Program-made: the position numbers and the translations under genes
Notes under the pieces: model-generated
Seen by the model: only the letters and a program-made list of their open reading frames with translations
Told to the model about the DNA's origin: nothing
Databases searched by the model: none
Shown here: positions 25,621 through 37,906 of the stretch, one piece after another
Layout: the number at the start of each line of letters is the position of its first letter
How positions within the stretch are numbered: position 1 is the stretch's first letter
DNA from: Octopus sinensis
Taxonomy: Eukaryota
Direction: 5' to 3'
Length of the DNA: 64,000 nucleotides
Assembly (NCBI RefSeq): GCF_006345805.1
Contig: NC_043005.1
Coordinates: 90,148,001 to 90,212,000 of the forward strand

Positions 25621-25889
25621 GACAGACATTTTGCCGTTTATATATATAGAGATTTTACAATACTGTAACCATTTACATGTCTTGGTACCTGAGACTCAGC
25701 CCAAGGAACCTCATGTTGGATATGTGACTATATAAAATCTAATGTATGGCAACACTGTTGAAAACAAATTTGTTAATAGGTGCAGATGTTGCTGTGTGGG
25801 TGACAATCTTGCTTCCAAACCGGGTGGTCTGGGACGCAGTTTCTCTACTACAGCCCCAGAGTCATGAGTGTATTTGATGGAGGAAGTCC

Positions 25890-25934
<45 letters not shown>

Positions 25935-28900
25935 ATGCCAGCTCTGACATTTCATGATGGCTGTAAAATGAGCAGCACAACCATACGAGCTATGTTGTTC
26001 ATTTGTAATCTTTCATGAAAAGTGAGGCCATGGGAGACCTTACCCTGTTTGGAAACAGAGTTGTTGACAGGAAGGGCATCTGACCACAGAAAATCTGCCT
26101 TAACCCTTTTGTTACTGTATTTCTGTTGAGATGCTCTGTATTTTTTTCAATTAATTTTAAATATAACAAAGAATTTAGTAAAATAACTTAGTTATCATTC
26201 AGCTGGTGTTAGGAACATAAATTGTGACTAAGGTTTGGTGGAAGATTTTAATTCAGAACTTATGAAAACAAGACATTTGTACTACAGAGCCGGTTTCAGC
26301 CAGGTTGGTAACGAAAGGGTTAATGCATGCCATCTGACACATGGAGGCAAGGAGAAGTTAAACAATTATGAAATTTTATAAACTGGTTTAGATAACAGAA
26401 TTTGTAACAAATGATAAAAAATGGAAGTTTTTTAATACGTACCAAGATCAAATTTTATAGTGGGGTAATCAACATGTGCTGGAGGAAGCTGCAGAAGATG
26501 TGCTATAGCCTCCAACCCTTTCAGTTGGAGAGAGGGAAAAGATGGCCACAAAGTTCCCTGACTGGGAAGGGAGATGCTGCTACTAACTGAACCTTTAACA
26601 AATAAATCGAAAAAAATAAAGATTATTATAATCATAATTTTAATTAACAAAATAGTTTTATTTGAAATTAATAATTTGCTAATCCAAGTCTTATCAGAAT
26701 ACTTCAGGTTCAAAGAGTTGACAAGTTTTTTTTTTAACTTTGAATAGAATTCAAAACTAACGCCTTACTTCCCTGGGCATGGATACACTGAAACTCCGAC
26801 GTCTGGCAGCTGACTTGGCAGACACCCATAAAATTATTAACCATCTTACAAACTAACTCTGAGCACCTTTTCAAACTCCACCCGTCTAACACTCGTGGAC
26901 ATATTTACAAAGTCAGAAAACAGCACATCTCCCATGACTTTCGGAAACATCTTTTCACGCTAAGAGTTGCTGAAGCATGGAACAAACTGCTGGCATCAGT
27001 TGTTAGTTGTCGGAGCACTGCATCCTTCAAAACTTCCATGCTTCCTGAGATTCGCCAACACTACACCTGATTTTCTCCCCTCCATACACATGCAAGCATG
27101 TATCTGACTCATACACTGTTCGCTTTCCAGACATTTGTACATTACTGCATATGCTTTATACGCACTTTTGACAAGTTGTGGTGCACCTGAGCACTGTATA
27201 CAATAGCTTCATTATTATTATTATTACAAGCCTTACATTTAATGTTTTTTCTATGACCAATCAAGGGCACAAAACATTGGAATCAAAATGAAAAAACTCA
27301 ACGGTAAAAATCAGGTTTGCCACTAATTGTTTTCTATATTTGTCAGTCGTTACTGATTCAGGGCAAAATGTGTCTTAACCCTTTAGCATTCATAATTACT
27401 GTGAAAAGTAATGCTTGTTTATTTACATCATTTTGAATTTATGAATTATCTTTTAGTTTTGAGATTTTGATGTGATTATTCATTTTCAAAATGATATTGT
27501 ATGTTAAGTGTGAGAGGCCAGATATGACTAGTTTGAACATAAAACAGAATACTTTGAACCAGATTTGATTAGTTTAAATGCTAAAAGGTTACACTAATAA
27601 AAAAATATCTTGTCTAATACAGAGTCCCTAACTTGGACCCATTTGACTTTTTCTAAGAAAGACTCTTAAAAATTCGCACCTATCCCTGAAATCTAATGCT
27701 GAACTCAAAAACCATAGAATTGCCTACAGTAAATTTGAATACGATGACCCAGAACAAGGTAACCACATTATATACTTAACCATTTTATTTAAACATATAA
27801 TAATGCTTGCAAAGACCTATCGAGGCAAGTGAAATTGAAATCAAATTCGATGGCTGGCATCCGTGCTAGTGGAACTCTAAGAGCACGATCTGAGCGTGAT
27901 CATTGCTGGACTGGCTCCAGTGCAGGTGGCACATAAAAAACACCATTTGAGCATGGCAGTTGCCAGTACCACCTGACTGGTCCTCATGCTGGTGGCACGT
28001 AAAAGCACCCACTACACTCTCGAAGTGGTTGGCGTTAAGAAAGGCATCCAGCTGTAGAAACTCTGCCAAATCGGATTGGAGCCTGGTGCAGCCTTCTGGT
28101 TTGCCAGTCGAGTCAAATCATCCAACCTATGCTAGCATGGAAAGCGGACGTTAAACGATGATGATGATGAATAAAAAATATAGAAGTTAAATGATACTCA
28201 CTTAGTGTAGGTGTGTTACGAGCTCCTTGGGTCCACTTTCCACCAACACAAAAGCGTAATAAAGGAGTACAAACCTTGTAGGAAGAAAATTTCAAAACTA
28301 AATATATCTCAAGAAATAATGAAATGATACATGTTTTCAGATTTGTAAAATAAAATAATAAAAAAGGTAATTACTGCATGGGATACAGATCTCCAAAAAG
28401 AATATCTACAAGTTAAATATAATACCAACAATATGAAAAAATAATGCACCCTTTTAAAGCCTAACCAGGCTCATGGGCCCAGTTTCCCGGTTTCTATGGT
28501 GTATGTGTTCCCCTGCTGGACGGGACGCCAGTCCATCGCAGCGTTACTCATTTTTGCCAGCTGAGTGGACTGGAGCAACGTGAAATGAAGTGTTTTGCTC
28601 AAGAACACAACGCATCGCCCGGTCCAGGAATCGAAACCACAATCTTACGATGCTGATACCCTAACCACTAAGCCACGCACCTCCACTAATACCAACAATA
28701 CAAGACAAGACAGAAACCAGTGGAAAAAAATGGTGCTCCAGCATCGTTACAGCGAAATGGCTAAAACCAATAATTTCCCATAGGTGGGATATTTACATTA
28801 ATATTACAATTTAAAATGTAATTACTAAACTATCTAAAAGGTAGCAGTACATCATCTGCAAGGAGTGTGAACTCACAATTATTAACGCTTTTGATAGCAA

Positions 28901-31900
28901 GCCACCTGAGATAGCTTCTAGCTCTATATGAATTCTCTATTTTGAAGTGATCTAAAAACTGCCATCAAAATTTCGTAATTTATGTTCCAAAAAGCCAGCT
29001 TAAAAATGACAGAGGTATTTTGATAATTTTTTTCATTATTTTTAAAATTAATTGAAACAAAAGCAGTGTATTGCAATGAAATATGCAAATAAAAGGGTTA
29101 AATGTACAAGCTAACAAGGGGAAGCTTTACACAGCTAGGAACCAGCAACTTACAAGACTAATAACACCATGTATCAGACAATTTTGATAGCTAATTGTCA
29201 GACCAACATCACAAATGAACTTTATATATATATATATAAATTAATAATAATAATAATATTAGGGAGTAAATCCAAACTTACAAGGAAAAATTAGATTTAG
29301 GATTAAATCCAATTTTATAGTATAAATATATATATAGACAAGTTCATTTGTGATGTTGGAGGTCTGACAATTAGCTATCAAAATTGTCTGATACATGGTG
29401 TTATTAGTCTTGCAAGTTGCTGGTTCCTAGCTGTATAAAGCTTCCCCTTGTTAGCTTGTACATTTAACCCTTTTATTAGCATATTTCATTGCAATACACT
29501 GCTTTTGTTTCAATTAATTTTAAAAATAATGAAAAAAATTATTTTTTATATATTTTTTATTAATTTTATTTCTATGTATTGGTTTATGATTTTCACTGAT
29601 TTGCCTAATAGTGGTCTTATCTCTAATTTAATATAATATATATATATTATTCAGTACAAATATTCAAGATATGACAACATTATATAAGATCAGTCATCTG
29701 TCATTCAGCACCATTTACAATCAATATTCTTGTACTAAGTAGAGAGAAGAAAGGAACATTAAAAACTTGCTACCTCACTTACCATATCAAAATTACCCAA
29801 CAGTTTGGTGTCCAACTTTCTGACAAAATACCACCAAACTTCCAGTTTCTTTAAGGCCACGTTCTCAGTTTTGGCATTGTTAATTTTGAAGACTTGCATC
29901 AAAAGTTTGATGCGCTTCTGGTCCCCAATAATGGCTGCAAAATTTTACAATGGAAAAAATATTAAAGAAAGTCAACCTTTTGAATGTAAAACTAAAACTT
30001 AAAATTTTCTAAGTACAATTAGTAGCAGGTGAATATATACTTTTCTGATACTGCCGGCTCTAGTTTCTCTAGTTAATCTGTAGAGAATTTTAAAATGCAA
30101 CAGCAATGCTAATATAGATGGGGCACAGTATTGGCTTAGAAGCCCTATAATAAACTTGGCAGTATATTGTGGTTGCATAATGAAATGCAGTATCTCTACC
30201 TGCAATTAATATTTGTCTGTGTCAGCAGATGGAATGCACGCTTGCAAGAATAAGTTAGCAAAGAACTTCAGTAATCTAAACAGCTTGGCATGGAATTCTT
30301 GTTATAGATTTAATTTGCCTTTATGCAAAAGTTTCCTTCTGAAGGCGGCAAGCTGGCAGAATCGTTAGCAGTATTTCGCCTGCCGCTACATTCTGCCAAG
30401 GTCAACTTTGCCTTTCATCCTTTGGGGGTCGATTTAATCGATTAATCCATTTGTCTGTACTTGTTTTTCCCCTCTGTGTTTAGCCCCTTGTGGGTAGCAA
30501 AGAAATAGGTAATCTGTGCTCTGTTTCAAAAATACTAGCAGAGAATGGTCAATAGCAACACTGCCCATTCCTGTCTTGTGATGAACAAACAAAAAAGTGT
30601 CTGTGTAAGAGCAAGTGTACAGATAAAACCGTGTGTAGGAGAATGTATTCCTAAACACAAAACTATGAAAACAAGAGTCCATACGCAAAAAACGGACTGT
30701 ATTGCATGTGGGATTAGTATTGCAACTGCTAATTAAAAAAAAGGTAAAATGCATATTTTATTAAATTGCTTTATGAGATGGATATTTTAAAACAGAAAAA
30801 AGATTAATAATGTCAAAATTTACCAGGGTTTGAAGCAAAATTTTCAATAAGGTATTTCCAGGCACTAAAAGCTTCATATTTGATATTTGGGTTAGGGCTC
30901 TTAAAGCCAAGCTCTACAATTGGAAGGAGTTGGTTGATGAAGACGCAATGTAATTCCTGCAAAAGAGAGAAAAAAATTAAATCACCAATTATGGCTTGGA
31001 AATCCAATGGTGGAATATATGTTGGGATTTATTTTTAATCCACTTCATGAAAAAGGAGAGAAAAGATGAAAATAGACATAAAAGAGAAAGAATATTTACC
31101 GTTCCTAATAACTGAACCAGCAGACTCCATACTCTCAAGACGTATACTTCATTTCTGCTCTGAAATAGCTTTTTCAATTCAGAAGCCATTTTCTAGAAGG
31201 AAATTTTAGAAGTAAAGAATAAGATAATATATATCTGCAGTTAATAGATAAAAAAGAATAAAATATATATATCTTTATTATAATGAAAACGTAATAATAA
31301 AGTAGAAGGAAAACAAAAGTGCAAAATTAGAAATTTGAACAGGAATAAGACTCAAAGACACTTAATTTAAAGCTTTCCCCTTTTGTCATTGGAATTGTGG
31401 GAACAATAAAAAGCAATGTTCCTGCTCAATGAGAGTTGACACAAAGCTATATAACAACTTGAAACCACATTTCAAATACAAGATTAATAACAACAAAGTT
31501 GTTTTATTAAATTCAATTTTTTCAAAATTAACTAATTGGGATCATGGCCATCCATCCATCCATCCATACAGGCAGGCATGTTGTCTACATCCCTCTCTCA
31601 GCTGAAGGGCCCTAGTTTGGCAGGCTTGTGAGTGCTGGTGCCAGGTAAAAGTGCCCATGCCAGTAGCACATTAAAAGCTACACAGTACGTACAGTAAAGT
31701 GGTTGGTGTCAGGAAAGGCATCCAGCTGTAGAAACCATACCAAAAGACAAAATGGAGCTAGCTCCTGTCAAACCATCCAACTTGTGCCAGCATGGAGAAT
31801 GGATGTTAAATGTTGATGATGGTGATGAATTGAAACAAAAGCAGTGTATTTCAATAGAAATATGGCAAAAATATGTAATCCTAACAAGCAATAAATAATA

Positions 31901-34900
31901 CTTACTGTTTTGACATCGGCAACCATTGAAGCAACTAAACCATTTGGATTGACAAGAAGGGCTGGCAGGGCTATGCTGAGGGCTTGAAGAGCTTTCTCAC
32001 GAATTCTAATAGCTCCATGTCCCAATAAGGAATACACATGATGGCTCCAGTTAATAGCTTTCTCATTCATCTTTTTTGGAACTTGCTGTAGCAACCTGCC
32101 GAAAGAAAAAGAAACAGTTTTACTTTAATAGAGCCGTGGGAAAATGGGGGAGAAATGCCTTGAGAAGAACTTTCAGTGACAACATCAGCATGGTTTAATT
32201 ACTCGCTTTTCTAGGCCTACATGGCAGATTTTCTACAATAGGATGCCCTTCCAGTCACCAACTCTTACATGTTTTCAAGCAATTATTTCCCCATAGTCAC
32301 AGGTTTCCATGGAAACAAAATGTACGACAATGATGCTTACTTACAACCATTGTGCACTGCCAAGACAAAGAGATGCAACATATACACAACAGGCTTCTTT
32401 CAGTTTCTGCCCACCAAATCCTTTCATCAGCTCGAAGCTAAAGAAAGAAATACTTACCTAAAGTATCCTGATGTGGGATTGAACCCAAAACAACGTAGTT
32501 GGAAAGCAAACTTCTTAACCACACATCCATGCTTGTATTGTTATAAAAAAAAAATCAATATTTGCAATTGGATGGGGAATTATTTGGCAGCAGTTTACCA
32601 GTGGATGCCTTTTCTGTTATTGACCCTCACCTGTTTTTCAAACTAGGGATTTCTCCATCCCACATCTTTGAAAAGCACATGTCTGGTCGAATAATATCAA
32701 CAACACTTCACTATTTCACTCAGAGAATCACATAGGAATTGACTTAACAATTACATGCATTTCATTTCATTTGAGTCCATGCTCAGGCCAAGTCGAAGAC
32801 TCCACCCTCAGAGTCTGGTGTGGTTGCCAGGTTGTATTCTCTGTTTAATTTTGACATGTGTAGGAGCGAGTTTGAGTCAGTTTGTGCTCGTGTATATCCT
32901 GGGAGATGGGGTTCATCTCTAATGGTGCTTAAGTATCTATCCAGCTGCAATTTGAATGATTCCACACTGCATCCTGATAGATTTCTGACATGTACCGGAA
33001 TGGAGTTGAATAGTTGTGCTCCTCGAACCAACAGACTTGATTCTCGCAGGGTTTTTGCTGCCTGGCCAGCCTTTTTGTTGATTGGTGGTAGCTGGCAGCG
33101 TCTTCTGTGGCGCAGTGAGTGGTAGGTTTTGATACCAAAGTTTGGCACCTTTTGCTCTATCATTTTCCAAATGTATATAATTCGGTATCGCTCAAATCTT
33201 CTTTCTATTGAGTACATCCTCAAGGTTTTGAGTCTTTGCCAATAGTCCAGGTCCCTCGTTTCTGAGAAGTATGAGGTAAAATTTCTTTGGAGCGATTCCA
33301 TCTTAGATAGTTGGCCCTTTGTTGTTGGTGACCACAACTGAGAACAGTAGTCAATCCTCGGAAGTATCATACTGTTCCAGAGGGTTTTCATTGTTGAGGT
33401 ATCTCTTGATTTGAAGGTGCGCAAGATCCACCTGCTGTACTTTCTTGCAGTAAGACAGACTGAGTCAAGGTGTTCTCTGAATTTTAGGCTGGTTCCCATG
33501 TGGATGCCTAAATCTTTCACATACTGTTTTTCCATTATTTGTTGTCCTGATGGGTTTCTGTAGTTTGTTGTATTTTTCAGATCTTGATCTGTTCCGTAGC
33601 GAATTAGTTCAAACTTCTTATCATTGAACAACATGTTTGTTGCCTGCCATTTATATATGGTGGTCAGGTCCTTTTGTAAGGCCTCTGTATCCACCTCGTC
33701 TTTGATTTGTCTCATGACCCTGTTGTCATCAGCAAAGGATGAGACGTTGCTGGTTGTATCTTCATCTATATCAGAGATGAGGATGAGAAACAGGATTGGG
33801 CCGAGTACTGTACCCTGCAAGCACACAATGTGGCTCCATCTATCAATTCCACTCACCAAGTATTAATTGGTGTGAGCCTATAGTTAAAGGCATTTTGTAA
33901 GCTGGGTAAGCATATCCATTTGATCTTGTACTAAAACTTGTACGTGGACTTCATAGCCTTAGAAATTCATCTCTATCAAATTGGCTATTTTGTTCTATAA
34001 AAGGAAATAAAATTATAAATTCCAATGCAATACTAAAGAGGACAACAGTTAAAAAATAAGAATAAAAAAATCATAACATACAAACCTTACAACTAAATTG
34101 ACAGCTTCGTGTTCGACCAATACAGACTGAGAGAGTGGCTTTGAGAATGAATGTTCTAAGGCATCCAAGATAGGATTTATCTGGGAGAAATAAAAGGGAG
34201 AAAAAGTCATGAATAGGAATAAAACTGAACAGATTATCAGCGACAATGTTATATGTACACCTAAACTGAAAAAATCATGTTATTTAATGGCCAACTTCCA
34301 TGCTAACATGAGTTGGATGATTCCACTGAATACAATTTGTGAAAGGATTGTCATGCTCCAATGGTCTCTATAGCTGGATGCCCTTCTTAACACCAACCAT
34401 TTCAGAGTGTATGGGGTGTTTTTTTTTTTTTGTAGAACCAGCAGTAGTGAAGTCACCATGTGGACTGACTCACAAAATTAAGCCACCCTTCAATTGAGAG
34501 AGAGGGTATAGTAGGGAACGAGGATGTTTCAAGGATGAAAGGTTAAAGTCTGAAAGAAAGGGCCAGAACAGGTTTCTTGTTGTAGAGGAGACACATGGCT
34601 ATCTTGCATTATGTGTTTTCAAGGAGGCAGTGAAAAGACGAAGATGACACAATATTTCAGTGTGACTACTGTTTCTCTCCCCATCTACATTAATTGCCAA
34701 ATTGTTTTTCAGCCCACAAACTCCTCTTCTATTCACAAGTACCCACTCAAGCATAAGTAGTAACAATCATGTTCTCCTTGCTTTCAAACTAAGTACTTCA
34801 AACCTGTTCCATCATAATATACCAGAGTGTGCATTTCAGATTTTCACTAAATCACCAAAGTCTTTTGTTGGGGATCCTTAATCGCTATTGTGTCTCCAAC

Positions 34901-36501
34901 ATTCTCCTAAAACAATGGTCCTGAAAGAAATCAAGCTTTAATGTGTTTACTGCATGTATCTATGTAGAGTTCCACAAATACATATAATCATCAACACCAT
35001 TGTTTTAACATCCACTTTTCCCATGCAAGCATGGATCAGATGGAATTCGGTGAGGTACATTTTTCTATGGCCAGATGCCCTTTCTGTCACCAATCCTCAC
35101 CTGTTTCCAGATAAAGTCCCCATGGCTGTTTTCACGGAGAATAGAAACAAATGACACTGCTATATGACTGTGACACTTGTTTACAACTATCATGCAATTT
35201 GACAAGGAGGCAAAAGCGCGCACACACACAAGTCTTATTTCAGTTTCCATCTACCAAAGCCATTCACAAGGTTTTGGTCAGTTCAGAATTACATAAGACA
35301 CTTGCCCAAGGTGTCATGCAGCAGGAATGAACCCAAAACTACATCACTGGGAGGCAAACTTATTAATCATACAGCAATGCTTGCACCAATATCTATGTGT
35401 AGGAGTGGCTGTGTGGTACCTTGGACAGGTGTCTTCTACCATAGCCTCAGGCTGACCAAAGCTTTATGAGTAGATTTGGTAGACAAAAACTGAAAAAAGC
35501 ACATCATATATATGTGAGCGTGTATTAATTTGTGTGTCTGTTTATCCTCCCAACATCACTTGACAACCAATGCTGGTGTGTTTACGTCCCTATAACTTAG
35601 CGGTTCAGCAAAAGAGACTGGTAGAATAAGTACTAGGCTTACAAAGAATAAGTCCTGGGGTTGATTTGCTTGACCAAAGGCGGTGCTCCAGCATGGCCAC
35701 AGTCAAATGACTGAAACAAAAGAGAAAAAAGTAAACAAAAAAAAAACCCCTGCTTACTTGGTTGCAGACAATATCTGGTTGTAGGACTTGATTAGCTAAA
35801 CACCAAAGGGCACGGGTGCAAACCACTTTATCTTCTGTTTCCAGTGCACAGTGGCAGAGATTTCGTATTACTTCATTGCTGTCTTTTAATCCCATGGAAC
35901 TGCAAAAAAGATGACAAAAGACAAGACTAGTAAAAATTTCCCTTCATAAGTTGCTACAAGTTTTAGCTTCCAGAGTTAGATTCCGAAAGTGAAAGCAGTT
36001 AATAAATGAAGGGGGCAGGGCACAGATCGTTAATAAAATGAAGGCTGGAAGAGTATGAGTGAAAGCAGAAGAGAGAGGAAAATAAGAGAACAATAGAAAA
36101 AAAAAACTTACCTGATAATGGTTTGATTCTGTAGGCAGAGCCCTAGCACTTGTAATGCACTCTCAGTAAGTTCTGATGAAGATCCCATAATATCCGACTG
36201 TATCAATGAGATCACCTGTTTGCTACTCTTGGCAACATCTTGGACAAAAGCCAGGTCGTTAGTCTCCATTTTCAGTTTACTAGAATACAGGTAGAAAAAA
36301 AAGTATTAGCATAGGTGTAGGAGTGGCTGTGTGTTAAGTAGCTTGCTTACGAACTACATGGTTCCAGGTTCAGTCCCACTGCGTGGTACCTTGGGCAAGT
36401 GTCTTCTACTATAGCCTCGGGCCAACTAAAGCCTTTTAAGTGGATTTGGTAGATGGAAACTAAAAGAAGCCTGTCGTATATATGCATGTGTGTATATATA
36501 T

Positions 36502-36539
<38 letters not shown>

Positions 36540-37858
36540 CTAGCAGAATTGCCCGGCGATGCTCGGCGCTGAATTGCTTGAAAGTACTGTTAATGATTGC
36601 ACTGAATTATGATGATTATTCAGGCAAATATTGATATAAGTTTACGACGAATGAATGTATTTGTAAGTGTATAGAAAGCCGTGTAAAGGGGTTCCTACCC
36701 CCTCGTAGAATGGTGTAAGAATTGAATGCGAGGTTACCTTGAAAAGAGCCTTTTATTGTTCTCATAATTGTAAGAATTTGATAGTTGTGGAAGGCGGTGT
36801 GTGGGACTGAACTCAGGACCATGTGTTTGGAACGTACTTTGTTACCACACAGCCACACCTGCCCCTATGTATGTGTGTGTGCGCGTATGTGTGTATGGGT
36901 AGATAAATTATGCATTTATATATGTGTACATATTACATGTATATCTATATATATATACATCTACACATAAAATACAAAGTTATATCTTGATATCGCTAGT
37001 GATAACAATACTCAAAATATATAACAGACTGGAATTGTAGGCCCGTCTCTTTCAATTTCGATCAATTGGATCTTGTCCTCCCTCTTGTATAGAAGTGTAC
37101 GGCTGCAGCGAAATTCATTTTTGGACTTTCTTCTATCAAAGGCATTTTAACAAAAATGCTTCTGTAAAGACGGTGAAAATATTGTCAATTTCCCCAAACA
37201 GGGACACAATTCAATTTTTAAACAATAACCAAAGCCCCTTCTCCGAAAGGGGGAGGGTTACGGTATACAATTGTTTAACAAATGCAACGCAACATTTCCC
37301 TGACGAGGAACCAACAAACATGAATACAATAGTCAAACAGTAATAATAATAACAACAAACCTTTTTAATTTATCCCCATTTATGTGATACCACTTATTCA
37401 AGTTCAAGTCATTGATGCAATTTTATACGAATTACTAATACACACACACACACACATAATAAGGGTGAAAAATTGAATATTAATTTGATTAATATGAATT
37501 GAAAACCAGTGGTGTAGCATATAAGACCATAGCGGATCTTCCTCTAGCAAAAAGGACGACCACTATTAATGGCTCATCCCTGTTATATAATACTTTCACT
37601 TTAATAGTTTCACACTTGCAAAGAGAAAGTAGGAGAAAGTGTGGTGGTAATAGCAGGAGTAAATCACTTGAAATGAGAGAGGCAAATCGTAAAATATTGA
37701 GTTTTCTCGAATTTTTGAAAAAACTTTACATGCCAATCGGAAAAATCATAGGTAAATTCCAATTGAAGAAATTCTATATTGTAGAATTGTATTAAAAAGA
37801 AACATGGGAACAGGCAGAGAAAATCTGCCTTTTATCATGAGAGATATATATATATATA

Positions 37859-37906
<48 letters not shown>

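Noticed and set aside
37041-37090. GATC-CAATT-GATC-GAAA hairpin on the minus strand resembling a hammerhead stem II
   Set aside because: No recognisable CUGANGA core or stem I.
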